This document shows positions 51,391 to 63,960 of a DNA stretch of 64,000 nucleotides, piece by piece. This DNA is from Lama guanicoe (lineage: Eukaryota): assembly GCA_013239625.1 (NCBI GenBank), contig MU054098.1:1085568-1149567 (forward strand), in the 5' to 3' direction. A model generated the notes under the pieces. That model was not told the DNA's origin. It did not search any database and saw only the letters and a list, made by a program, of their open reading frames with translations. Every line of letters begins with the position of its first letter. Within the stretch, counting starts at the first letter, position 1. Position numbers and translations under genes: made by a program.

Positions 51391-51824
51391 TGTTAACAAC
51401 CACTGCCTTATAAAGGATAAAGAAGACCCATGGAGTTTATTTATACTAGAGAGCCAGATGTTAACTACAATTCACTGCTGGTTCCCCAATTTTATGATCT
51501 TCCATTTTGCAACTTCCAAGGCTACAGACTGCTCTGGGGCCAGTAAAAAATGATCAAAAATGCTGATCAAAAATGAAACAGACCTTTGGGGTCGCCACTT
51601 CCAACCTCCTAGACAGTCTGTCAATGCCTTTTACAGCATCTCCCAACCTATCTGCTCAATAATTTTATGATTACAAATCCTCAGACTTGATGTGGTAATA
51701 GGGATACTAGTAGAGTATAAGACAGGATTGAGACATGCTTGGTTTTGCTAGACCAAACTGGGTGGTGAGCTAGAAGACTTTTTGCATGGGAGACTAAGGT
51801 ATCTATGCTACATAGTCTTCATAA

Positions 51825-52146
51825 TGAATTCATTTCCTTGCCCTTGTCAGCTTCTGGAGGCCACCCACATCACGTCGCTCATGGCCTCTTCCTCTCTCTC
51901 CAACACCACCAACAATGGGTCAAGTTCCTTCATGTATCACTCTGACCAATTCTGCCTCTGGCTTCTACTCTGAAGGGCCCTGTGATGACACTGAACCCAC
52001 CTGGATAGTGCATGATAGTTTCCTTGCTTCAAGGCTCTTAATTTAATTACATCTGCAAAGTCTTCTTTGCCATATAAGCTAACAAATTCAGTTTCTAGAG
52101 ATTAGGACATGGACATTAACGGAGAATCATTATTCTGCCTACCACA
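51825..52146 (-). mobile_element. ERVL-MaLR LTR fragment (MLT1D-like)
   Basis: 'tttccttgccc...cagcttctggaggccacccaca'...'acatctgcaaagtc...attaggacatggacat...ttattctgcctaccaca'. Confidence 0.8.
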
Positions 52147-52611
52147 CCCTCCTTCTGGTCTGAGTTGTACTGTATTTCTTTTTGAGTTATTTAACATCTT
52201 TGCTATTTATGTGACAAAAATAACCACTTTTCTCTTTTTTCTGTAACTCCTGTCTTGCTGTGGACTTGGTGCTACTCACTGAGGTCGGATCAGCTTCCTT
52301 CTCACTCTTTGTATTTTCACCTTTATATTTGGTTGCCTGAAGCTTTCCGAAGTTTTCCTTGAGTCAGAAGCTCCGTATCACTAATGGACAGGTAACTGAA
52401 ACTATGAACAGCCTTGCTTCACATCTTTTGATATTTTTGTTTCCAAGTTGCTCCCCCACCATCATTAGTCTTGCCCTGCTTGGCAAACACAAGCCTGAGA
52501 ATTATGAGAATGGTGGTCACATTGTGTCTAGTGATCTCACACATCTTAGATAATCTGACTTGGTCAGTATTTGTGGTACTTAGAAGATGTTCATGATTTT
52601 TTTCAAAGGTA

Positions 52612-52642
<31 letters not shown>

Positions 52643-52644
52643 TC

Positions 52645-52677
<33 letters not shown>

Positions 52678-52760
52678 GAGGGAGGCATGGAGGCAGAGAG
52701 AAAAACACACAGAGAGGGAAAGACAGAGACAGATACCCAGAGACAGGCAGGCAGGCAGAC
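52612..52760. repeat. (GT)n(GA)n compound microsatellite with GA-rich tail
   Basis: Directly visible. Confidence 0.95.
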
Positions 52761-53519
52761 TTAGCAAATCTGCTTCCCACTTTACTACAAGGTACACCCA
52801 GTGTTTATCTGTGGGAACAGTTATCTAATTTCCTCCCCTTTATGTAACTCTATGTTATACTAACTCCCTTCACGCTGTATTTCTTCTAGGTCCTGAGTCC
52901 TCCCAGTATTAGCTACATAGTGGCTTTGTTGTGGACACGTCATTTGTTCTCTGAATTCTTCTGTTTCTTCCCTTCTTTTTATTGCTTTTTAAAAATATTT
53001 TGACTCAGCAGAGCATGACCCTACCGGCATTGGGGAAGGTAGCCAAATTCCTTCCCTGCCCTTTGATGGTCTTCTGGCCATGTTTTAATAACATCGTGCT
53101 CAAAGCTAAATGTGTTTAGTTCCCATATTTCTCGGGCAGACACCTTACCTTTTGAGAAACTAATCACCATTATCAAGATTGTGTGATTTAAAAAAATTAA
53201 AAGAAGCAAAACTCAGCTTCCATCTTGTATTTGCATATAATTCTGGCATGTACCTAAGTGGAATTTCTTTTATTGCATGTGAGATCCTGTACAGACAGAG
53301 GAAGGGAATTGATATTTATCGTCATTTCTTACATACTAGGCACCCAAGATAGGTACTTTAAATTATTAGTAGATTCGCAGTCTACTGATTTACCTCAAGC
53401 ACATTTGCATAGCCTCATGAGGGACAACAGACAATTACAAGTTTTACAAAGTGTGACAATGATTTACAAAAGTCTCTTCAAAGCTGAAGTGCTGTTCCAA
53501 AAATATCCTTTTCTATGTG

Positions 53520-53670
53520 TGTCTTAGTCAGCCTGGACGACTATAACAAGCCAGCATCGACTGGGGGGCTTTAAACGACATTGTTTCTCACAGTTCTAGA
53601 GTCTGGGAAGCCTGAGGGAGTTAAGGTTTCAACATATGAATTTTGAAAGAATACATTTAGCCCATAACAA
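53520..53670 (-). mobile_element. Internally deleted MaLR LTR (MLT1A/MST-like), both termini present
   Basis: 'tgtcttagtcagcctgg...tttctcacagttctagagtctgggaag' joined to 'aggtttcaacatatgaatttt...tagcccataaca'. Confidence 0.75.
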
Positions 53671-53979
53671 CATGGAAATAATAATAATATTTGGATGCTT
53701 GGTATATATTAAATACTTTGGGTATTTCAGATACAATATCTCATTTCTCTAAATTTATAGCCTTCAGCTAATAGTCAATGAAGCATAATGAATTTTAAAC
53801 TCCACGAAACACTGCAATTATCCAGTGGGTCTAGTTGTCCCAAGGAGATTCTGCCCAGAATCCACCCCTTCAAACATTCTTAAAAGGAATTAATATTATT
53901 GAGAACCTAATATATGTTAAGCACATTGCTAGGCAATTTACATATAATTTTATTAGTATGGGTATCCAGACAAGCTAGC

Positions 53980-54151
53980 ATAGGGAAGAAAAATTTTCTC
54001 CTTTACTCTCTTAGGGTCTCCAGCTGAGTCTAAAAATTAATCCAAGACTGATTAACAAGAGAAAAGTATACACATTTTATTAGAATTTTAAATGTACATG
54101 GGAGTTTTCACAAGAAAATAAAGTCCTGAAGAAGTGACCAAAGCAGAAAGA

Positions 54152-54200
<49 letters not shown>

Positions 54201-54483
54201 ATTTAGACAAAGAAATGATAAGTCAAAGAGGTTTGGGCTAAGGGCAGTACACTGTGGAGAAGTGACTAGGAGACATATAGGGGGAAAACTAATGGAAGGT
54301 AAGGGTTACTTTGGTAAGCCTGCACAGATCCATTTCAGAGCTGATTCCCAGTCTCTGGTGATAAGGATGTTCTCCTCTTCCTGGTACAGGGAAGGCAGGG
54401 AGAGTACCTTTCTCATGGGGAATTTTATGTCCTGTTTAAAGGAAGTCAGCATTATTTTGGGTGGCATATCCCAAACTCCTTCA
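53980..54483 (-). mobile_element. ERV1 solo LTR, MER34A-like, with internal (GT)n at ~54152-54197
   Basis: Minus strand starts 'tgaaggagtttgggatatgccacccaaaataatgc'; similar to the 27.6-28.2 kb LTR. Confidence 0.8.
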
Positions 54484-55264
54484 CTTGAATGGAGTTGGGA
54501 AAGGAGGATCATTCAAGGCAGAGGAAACAGAAAGTTCAAAGCTAGGTCATGAATGAAATTGACTTTTTCAATAAAGATGAGCAATTTGGGGAAGAGGTGA
54601 TCATGTTATTTCTATATACTCCTCTTCCCCCACATTTTCCCTTTAGGTTCTTTATCATCTCTCAGTAGCACCCAGTACCCCTCAGTCCCTTACTGCTTCC
54701 CTAGCTTCTGGGGTGCATTATAGTAACTTAAAATACAAATGCCTCTTTACCATGCTATAAATTGCAAATATCATTTTACAGCAGTCATCTCTAATCCCAT
54801 TACTACTCCCAAGACACACAACAGCTTTCCTGATCCTTGAGAAAGCAAAATCTTTTCTGAGTGGCTTCCAAAGCTGCCCCTTTGTTTTCCTTCAAAACTA
54901 GTTTCTTCAAGGAAAACAAACAAACAAAAAAACAAACTTGTCTTGGTCAGTCCTTGGATCTGAACATAAAGTCCACACTGGAATGTAAGTTTATGAGGGC
55001 AGATATTTAGTTAATTCTTATTGCCATTTATACACACTCACACCGCTTCCTACACTTTGGTGCACTCTAGTTCCTTTACCTCCCTCATAACCCAGAAGCA
55101 ATATATCTTTCTCACTACTTTTCTCATGAGCTCCAAATTAGTAAGGGAAAGGAACATGTAAGTCAACCAACTAAGTTTTTTGTTATATAAGCCTGCAAGA
55201 ACACTGCCTTTCACACACAGCTTTCAGCTGGCATTTATTCATGTCATTAGACCGTTCTTGTGCA

Positions 55265-55808
55265 CTGTATTGTGTGACAGATGATATTAGTGTCACAAAG
55301 ATTTTTAGTTCGTCTCTACTTTCAAGCGCATGGCCCCTCAAAGTTAAATATACAGATGTGATTTGTTTTGGCCAATGAACTGTCATCAGAAGTGTCACTT
55401 CTAGGAAGAAAGAGTCGGTGCATAATTCTCCGTACTCTTTCATCCCAGATTCCAGAAGTCATGGAAGCATGCGTTGACAAGTATGACAAGATTAAAGCAA
55501 GCTGGCATTCTGTGCCATTATATAGAGCACAGCTTACCTCAGGAACTCACCTGGATCTAAAGCACTTTGAATGAGTGAGGAATATCCTTAAAAAAATTAT
55601 TTATTTATTTATTTATTATTTATTTATCTATTTATTTATTTAATGGAGGTACTGGGGATTGAACCCAGGACCTTGTGCATGCTAAGAATGTACTCTACCA
55701 CTGAGCTATTTCCCTCCTCCCGTGGAATATACTTTTGTTGTGTTAAATTGATTAAAAAAAACTTGGTGGTATTACTTCAGCATAACCCAGCTTATCCTGA
55801 TTGATACA
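55265..55808 (+). mobile_element. Old MaLR LTR (MLT1G/H/J-like) interrupted by a SINE
   Basis: 'atgtgatttgttttggccaatg', 'gaagtgtcacttct', end 'gcataacccagcttatcctgattgataca' followed by 'gaaattgg'. Confidence 0.7.
55590..55723 (-). mobile_element. tRNA-Ala-derived SINE (camelid vic-1-like)
   Basis: Minus strand has A box TAGCTCAGTGG, B box GGTTCAATCC and a tRNA-Ala(AGC)-like body ending CCTCCA, then a (TAAA)n tail. TSD ggaatatcctt (55579-55589) / ggaatatactt (55724-55734). Confidence 0.88.
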
Positions 55809-55821
55809 GAAATTGGATACA

Positions 55822-55940
55822 TTGAAAAAAGAAGGAAATCCTGCCATTTGCAACAACATGGATGAACTGATGCTAAGTGAAATAAGCCAGACAGAGAATG
55901 ACAAATACTGCATGATCTCATTTGTTTGTGGAATCTAAAA
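55822..55940 (+). mobile_element. Short L1 fragment (ORF2 end / 3' UTR start), no poly(A) tail
   Basis: 'aaaaagaaggaaatcctgccatttgcaacaacatggatgaac...atgctaagtgaaataagccagacagag...gtggaatctaaaa'. Confidence 0.85.
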
Positions 55941-56489
55941 TGGCCTTATACATTTTTAATGAAAAGGGAAATTTTAGGTGAACTCTCTGATGTAGGTATT
56001 ACACCACAGGAGAGTGACATTAAACTTAGAAGGTTCAACACTTTTATAGAAAGAAGAAGCAAACCTGCTCTTTGTTTGGAAGGAGGTATTACCTCATCCT
56101 TCAGAGATTCTTTCTGTGAATACCACCTTGAGAAATGGTCTAGGTAAAAAGTGACTGGGGCTTTACATTTTTGGTATACTCAATGAGAATGTGTGGAAAT
56201 GCTCAGGGGCCATGGTGGATTGTTTCTTCCAACACACTTCATTTCCTCTAGGCCATTTATCACTATAAAACAAGAACGTAGCCTCATCCCTGGGTACTAA
56301 GAAATAAAAAATTAGTTATTTTGTGGCATCTCATGGGAAAAAGAAATACTGTATGATGGAGATTTGCCACCCCTTTGCAAAATTTCTGGTCTCAAGTTTA
56401 AAAACAAAATAAAACACCTCTTTTTCAGAATGGTGTTGATTTACAATTCCCCTTTCCTCTCCACTTAATTCTAAAAATCAGAACTTTTT

Positions 56490-56655
56490 AATACAGTGTC
56501 TTAGTTTCATAATCAGATTAATAGAGTATGTGAATTCCCTAAAATTGTGTACAAAGCTATATATGTCCATCATACAAGTCTTTCTCTGGGGAGATACATA
56601 GCTCTTGTCAGATTTTCAAAGAAATATGTGACTTAAGCAAGGTTAAGAATAGTGA
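56490..56655. mobile_element. hAT-Charlie fragment (MER103-like)
   Basis: 'tttctctggggaga...catagctcttgtcagattttcaaag...tgtgac...aaggttaagaa'. Confidence 0.5.
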
Positions 56656-57779
56656 AGATATGGGGAAATTCATTATATTTATATTAACCAACCTAGTGAT
56701 TTATCTTTTAGGCCCTAAAAATGCCTCACTAGCCATCACTGGCAAACTAATCTCCAACTACTGACTATTTGTAAATAAATGTCTTGGCATTTTATTGTGC
56801 GGAGTAGCAACTTTGGTACCTCTGAAAAATCCCTTTCCCCTGGTTCAGGGTATGTTATGTGGAAACTTTATTAGCAGAATTGGAATAGGTTCATTAGGAC
56901 TGTGAAAAATCTAACCTGCACAAATGACATTAATCCCTTTTCCTGATGAGACTAAGCCAGCACAAGCACACAGATTACCTGGTTTTAGATTTCTCAAATT
57001 ACTGTTCCTCTGTTAACTATACAGCCTCTGTGGGACTGGATAAAACAGGCCTCCAGCTGGGCTCACACTGCCCACTTTATTCTAAACACATCTACATATG
57101 CAAACACACAAAAAATGCCTATTTATAATTGGTTTTATAATGAAAACAAGTTGAATGCCAAATCTTGAACTTTGGAAAAAGTAGTAATAGTAACTTTCAG
57201 ACAATACCAATTCACATTTACTGGATATTTTATCTTTTCAAAATGACTCTCCATAGATCTAAACATTTTCCCAATTATCCTTATTGTGCTGTTCACTGGT
57301 TATTCAATTAGCATTATTTTTTTAAATGAACTACTGCATAACTTTCATTTTATTAAATGTTCACTGTGGCTATATACTATATATATACTTATTTAGATAC
57401 TTAACATTAATTTGGCTAACCCAATTACAGTGATTATTCCAGTACTTAAATGCTACAAATGTTAATATGCTCAATTGCTTAAGAATTTGAAATTTTTTTT
57501 TCTATTTTGGAATATCTACAGAATAGTACTACATAATCAGCGTGGAGATAATTTTCAGGTATTATGAGAAAGCCTCCGTCAATATCAACTAAATATGCTG
57601 AAATGCCTTTCATATACTGCACACATATATTACCTTATACATTTTTAATGAAAAGAGACATTTTAGGTGAACTCTCTGAGCCTCAGTTAGATAATGATAT
57701 CTAATTGATAGTATTGTGTTAAGACTTTAAAGAGTTGTTGGTTAAAATAACTATCAATTCTTGACTGTTTACCATATCC

Positions 57780-58830
57780 CAGGTACATGTATGACCTAGA
57801 ATCCAAACAGTACAGCAGTCTAGCTAAACTTAAAAGACAGAGATCAGAGTTCAGAGTAACTGACATGTCTAGAATCTGCACAGCAGGTTACCAGAGACAG
57901 GAGTGCTGTGTAGAGGAAGCTCTGAGTCTATGTGAACATCCCTTGCAAATCTTTGGTTGAAAACTGGGCTGCAAATGCACAGGAAAAGATGATCAAAGGC
58001 TTACCAGAGTGTAGCTACTGTAACACGGTAAGCAGATCAGTGGTACTAGAGGCCCTTCTGTGCTGGAGGAATTTGAAGTTCTGGCATGCCAGAGAAGAGT
58101 GATATGCTTAACACTCTGCTGATAACCATAGCATCCAACTTAGACATCCAGAAAGGCTAGGATGGAAGGACCAGGATGGAAGGACCAGGAGGAAGGACCA
58201 GATCCTCAAGCAGGGATTGGCAAAGTAAAGGGCTGGGTGATAAATATTTTAGGTTTTGTGGGCCACACAATCTCTCTCATGCCTCATTCTGTTCCTCTTT
58301 CTCCTTCTCTTCATATTACTACTCTTTCTTTTAAAGAACTCTTTTAAAATATAGAAGCCATTATTAGCTTGGTGGTATAGAAAAACAAGCCCATTTAGTA
58401 TGCTGACCCCTGTTCTAGAGTAAGGTCTAATGTAGAATCACATTAACAGAACCTGAAACAAATGCCTTTTAAAAATTCTGGGTGAAAAGAGTTTAGACAT
58501 TGGGTTCTTCCATGTTATCAGGGCTTTGAGAACACCTTTGGTTTTTTACAAACCTGTCTTAAAAATGTGTAAAACCAAGCCTATTCAACTTCATGGTCAT
58601 CAGATATTAACTGAACTCTTTGTAAGATCAAAAATCAACACTCTTCAGAGGAAGATAAAAAGAACCCAGTATCTATACAAAAGTCAATATAGTATTAAAA
58701 TACTAGATAATGAAATAGAAAAATATGATTGATTGTCAAGTAAAAAGCAGGCAATAAAAATCAGTCCTAAAATGGTCTAGATGTTGGATTGGAAAAGATT
58801 TTAAAATCATCATTAAAAATATGCCCAAAT
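57780..58830 (+). mobile_element. Old L1M 5' region; continues as ORF1 at ~60765-61350
   Basis: 'ctagatgttggatt...aaagattttaaaatc' before the nested L1, and 'tactgaaactgttaaaatccaaagataaatataaaatcttgaaagcagtcagaaaa' after it. Confidence 0.55.
58211..58412. mobile_element. hAT-Charlie MITE (MER58B-like)
   Basis: Termini cagggattggcaaa ... tatgctgacccctg; 'gtaaagggc...taaatattttaggttttgtgggccaca'. Confidence 0.8.
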
Positions 58831-58834
58831 TATT

Positions 58835-60757
58835 ACAAAAAATATTGAAATCATATAAACTGTCTTCTTCATTGCTATGACATGATGGTAGAAGTCAACA
58901 ACAGAAAGAAAACTGAAAATATTGCTAATATGTGAAAACTAAACAACACACTCAACCAACCAATGGGTTAATAAAAAAATCACAAAGGAAATTTGAAAGT
59001 ACTTAGAGATGAATGAAAATGAAAATACAATATACATGAACTTATGGGGTACAGTGAAAGCACTGCTCAGAGGAACATTTATAGCAATCAATGCCTACAT
59101 TAGAAAAGAAAGATCTGAAATCAATAACCTACTGTACATCTTATGGAACTAGAAAAAGAAGAGTTAAAATATCTACACTGCTCAGAGGAATCTACAGATA
59201 CAATTCAATCCCTATCAAAATTTGAACAGCTCTTTTTCTAGCAATGGAAATGCTGATCCTCTAACTCCTATGGAATTATAAGAGGCCTTGAACAGCCAAA
59301 ATAATCTTGAAAAAGAAAAAAAATTGGAGGATTCACGCTTTTCAATTTCATAGCTTACTATAAAGCAACATTAATCAAAACAGTATAGTCCTGGCATACA
59401 GATACATACACAGACCAACTAATGTAATGCAATTAAGCATTCAAAAATAATCCTCTTCATCTATGGCCAACTAATTTTAGACAAGAGATCAATAAAAGTA
59501 AATGAGGAAAGAATCTGTTTTCAACAAATGGTTCTGGGACAACAGGATATCCACATGCAAAATAATGAAGTTGGGCCTCTACCTTATATCATATACAGAA
59601 ATTTACTCAAAATGGAATAATTACCTAAATATAATTAGTAAAATTGCAGAATGCTTGGAAGAAAACATACGGGTAAATTTTCAAAACCTTAAATTCAGCA
59701 ATGGATTCCTAGATATGACACTAAAGTCCTGAGCAATGAAAGAAGAGATACATTGGACGTCATCAAAAGTAAAAAATGTTTTTTGCATCAAAAGACATTA
59801 TCAAGAAAGTAAAAAGGTTTCCACACAGTAGGAAAAATATTTGAAAATTGTATACATGTTAAGAGACTAGTATCCTGAATATATAAAGAATTATTGTAAC
59901 TTATAAACAACCCAATAAATAAACATGCAAAGGACTTAAATAGACATTTTTACAAGAAGATATACAAATTACCAGTAAGCACATGAAAAAATGCTTAAGA
60001 TCATTAATCATTAAGGAAGTGGAAAGCAAAACCAAAATAAGATAACTCTTTACACCTACTAGAATGACTATAATGATCATCATAAAAAGAACAAGTATTG
60101 GCACAGATGTGGAGAAATTGGTACCATTGTGAATCGCTGGTAAGAATGCAAAATGGTTCACCTGATGTGAAAACAAGTTTCGTGGTTCCTTAAACATAAA
60201 GTTACCATACAACCTTGAAATTCCACTTCTAGGTTTATATCCAAAAGAATTAAAAACAGGTATTCAATCAAATACATGTATATGAATGTTCATAGTAACA
60301 TTATTTACAATAGTCAAATGTTGAAACGGCCCAAATGTCCATCAAGGGATAATGGATGAACAAGTTGTGGTGCATACATACTACAGAATATTATTCAGCC
60401 ATTAAAAATGAATGGAGTACTGATACATGGTACAACACACATGAACCTCCAAACCGTTATGCTAAGAGTAAGAAGCAAGACACACTATGTCACATATTGT
60501 ATGATTCCATTTATATAAATATCCAGATTAGATAAATCCATAGATATCCAGATTTGTGGTTGCCAGGGGTTGTTGGCAGGGGGGAATGGGGAGAAAGTAC
60601 TTAATGGCTAAGGAATTTTACTTTGAAGTGATGAAGTATTTTGCAATGAGATAGAGGTGGTGGTTGCACAATACTGTGCATTTACAAAATGTCACTGATA
60701 TTTCACTTTAAAATGGTTATTTTTGTGCTATATGAATTCTTCAATAAAATATTTTTA
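58835..60757 (+). mobile_element. L1MB-like LINE: ORF2 with large internal deletion, plus 3' UTR
   Basis: ORF 59502-59732 (ESVFNKWFWDNRISTCKIMKLGLYLISYTEIYSKW) is L1 ORF2-like; L1MB 3' UTR ends at AATAAA ~60743. Confidence 0.92.
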
Positions 60758-63599
60758 AAATAACAGTCCAAGTATTTTTTCCACATTTGATAGAAAACAT
60801 GCAAGGACCTGAGAGAGCCTCTATAAGAGTAAATAGAATGAAAACTACCATAGGTAATTCATACTGAAACTGTTAAAATCCAAAGATAAATATAAAATCT
60901 TGAAAGCAGTCAGAAAAAAAATTCACTTTACATACAGTGGAAAAACAATAAAAAGCACAGCTGACATCATCAGAAGCAATGGAAGTCAGGAAAAAAAAGA
61001 GAAAACATCTTTGAATTGATGAAACAGCAGCAAAACTTTAAATTAAGCATTCCATAAGCAGTGGAAATAGCCTTCAGAAATATAGGTAAAAGAAAGAACA
61101 TTTCCGATAAATTGAGAGAATTTTCTTACCAGCAGTCTGGCACTATAAGAAATACTGAATGATAGTCACAAGATTAAAGGCAAATGATGCCGTATGGAAA
61201 CTGAAATCAACCAGAAAAAAAACAGCAGCAGGAATAGTAAATCAGTGTGTAAACATGAAAGACTATTTGCTTCTTACTTTTTGTAATGCAATTTTCTTAA
61301 AATTCATTCGACCTAAAAAAAAAGCAGTAACAATAGAAAGGAATTTATAACATGGACCTTAACAATCGCATGAAATATGGATGGCGTATCAGTTATTATT
61401 TTCATCAAGTAGGAAATAGGACATTAGAAGCTGACATGGGAAGTAGGACGTAGAAAGCGAAAAACAGGAAGCATGAAATAAGACATACGAACTGTCCCAA
61501 GAGAAGTTTGACGTGTTAAGTGGTGCAATTTTGAATCAGTGTTTTTACTATTGTTCTTAAAACTGTATAGATATATTTTATAAATGTTTGTATTATGATA
61601 CACTTCATAATTTTAAAAAAAAAGTTTAGTTTAGCTTAAAACTAGTCTCATAATAAGCTCCAACAAAGGCTCTGCATGTAGTTCCAAGGCCTGGAATTGA
61701 GAAGAGGGCATAGTCTGCTAATAATCTATGTCCTCTTCTCAGTTCTTGATCCTCCTCTGCTATTGGTTAGAAGGAGAAGAGGTGGGGAAAAGTAGAAAGT
61801 GTTTGAATGAACTGATAGCATTTTGCAGACTTCTTGGTTATTCCTGCTGATTTTCTGACTGTCAGTCACAGACTTTCTGCCCTCTGTGTGACAGGCACTC
61901 AATGCTGACTTTGCCCACTGTGTGCACATATGAGTAGTTTTGAGGACAACTAGGACTTCTCCACTGCACAATTTCCACCCTTTTCATCCCCTACCAAATT
62001 CTTCAACCAGTAGTCCACTCAGAGAACCCACAACCAACTACTTTCCTTAGTGACCACTTACACTGTAGATACTCAGGTACTGTTCTTTCGTTGAGCTCTA
62101 GAAGGACAGGCTGCTCCACAGGCATCTTTTCCTTAAGTCTTTCCTTCTTTCCCCAAATCTCGCTCTCTCTCTCTTTTTTCTGATCAGGTTGGCGCATAAA
62201 AGCAAGCCTGCTGTGGAAGCAAATATCTAGCCAGGGGATAAAATGCCTCTCTATTATTCTTACATGCACCCCAAATTTTATGAATGATTTTCCTTGGAAT
62301 GACACACAGTTTAATTTCAAGGAGACAATAGCACCCGCTCCCAACTCACACAAGGAGGCAGAGGAATCACCGATAGCACTCGACCTTCCCTGGTGCTCTC
62401 CTTACATACCGGGATGAAGTAGGAGGGCGGCGGGTGACTATAGCCTGGGTAAGTTGAGACACCTGCAATGTGACATCTGGACCCAATTCTGGGCAGCCTG
62501 ACGGAGGTTACTTTTAGAAAAGGAAACTTAGTGACTTAGTATGTTTTTTTCTTTTCAGCTGTGGCTTCTAGTGGACAACCCCACGGCAAGAAGAAAAGTC
62601 CTATTACATCAGACTCCCACATTTACTATGTGTCCTCTGGCAAGTCACCTATACTCACCCAACCTCACTTTTTATACCATTACGTTGGAAATAATAATGG
62701 ACCTACCCTTTCAGAGAAATTAAATAAGTACAATGAATGTAATGTTTTATAACTTTTGAGAAAAAGACCTGTTACACAATGTAAACTTTACATATTCTTA
62801 AGTCAAAATAAATATCATTAGTAAGAATATGAATCAATGGATTGGTCATAGAAGTATAATTATCTTTCAGTGAAACATTTCCTTAATTTTATCTTTGGTT
62901 TTAAATTTAGTGATTCTATGTATTTGATTAAAGAAGAGATTATTCTTTGGAATCTGTTCAATTTTTTAAACCTAAGGACTTCCATTACTTTGCATTGTTT
63001 TCTTCTCCAAAACTGCAGGCTACTTATATTATACTGGATTACTCACTTTAGAATTAGGCATTGAGATGATTCACTATGATACATGTTTGGTACAAAAGTA
63101 GGCATCATAGGCTATTAGATGATACTATGTTTTGTAATTGGGAGTTAGTTTGAGACTTGTGAAAATTAAAGGAGCTTATTTCTATAGAGCACTTAGCAAG
63201 GTGCCTGTCATATAGTGAAGCCTCCATAAATGCTGGCTACTATTATGATTATGAAGCTTTCTACACAGGCTTTTATCTATTATCATTATGCCAAATTAAC
63301 CTGTAATAATAGAATGCTAATACGAGAAAGGTGGAGTTGGACGATGATAACTGAAAACTATATTTAGTTGCATGACTTACTTGAAAAAGCACATCTTTCA
63401 TGTTATTAAAATAATACTGAATAGAGGAGATGGAAAATACAGTAATTCTTCTCCAGATGACTCTCTGGAAACAATAGTTTCATAGCTAATCAGATATAAA
63501 AGGGCATTGATAAACCTTTTTTTTTCCCTATAACATGGTGATAGTTTTTTTTTTTAAGTTTGCTAAATTGAGGAAACATGAAAATGAGGGACACATACC

Positions 63600-63960
63600 A
63601 TAAACACTTTCAATAAAAATTTCTATCTGCCCTTTTTTTACATAGGGCCTTTGCTTTGAGCATACAAAATCAATACTTTGAGATCCACGTTATCTTTCTG
63701 ATATAAACTATATCAGATAATTCATTTTTTTTTTTTACAATTTGTGTTTCCTTACAGTGAATAGGAGACTTGAAGATAACTGGCAAGAAATCTGTTGAGA
63801 AATCTTCAAATATTAATGAAATTTTCCCTCTATTTGCAGTCTCATCCACATCAAATTCATATGCAATGTTTAGAGAAATACTTCTAATATTTTCCAAAGC
63901 ACTGAAGTTACTTTTCACAGAAAAAACAACTCTCTTTTTGCATTTATATTTCATCACTTT
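63600..63960 (-). mobile_element. Tigger/pogo-family transposase relic (N-terminal HTH domains)
   Basis: ORF 63670-63957 'KKRVVFSVKSNFSALENIRSISLNIAYEFDVDETA' resembles the psq-type HTH of Tigger/Jerky/TIGD proteins. Just downstream, 'MLKAKAL' (from 63663) resembles the CENP-B-type HTH. Confidence 0.55.

Noticed and set aside
52419..52828. Cluster of overlapping ORFs
   Set aside because: Produced by the (GT)n(GA)n repeat, which lacks stop codons
55640..55720. Functional tRNA-Ala gene
   Set aside because: Stem-disrupting substitutions, a (TAAA)n tail and TSDs identify it as a SINE copy
62003..62353. 116-aa minus-strand ORF
   Set aside because: Non-ATG start and no recognisable domain; splice signals in this region favour a plus-strand non-coding interpretation
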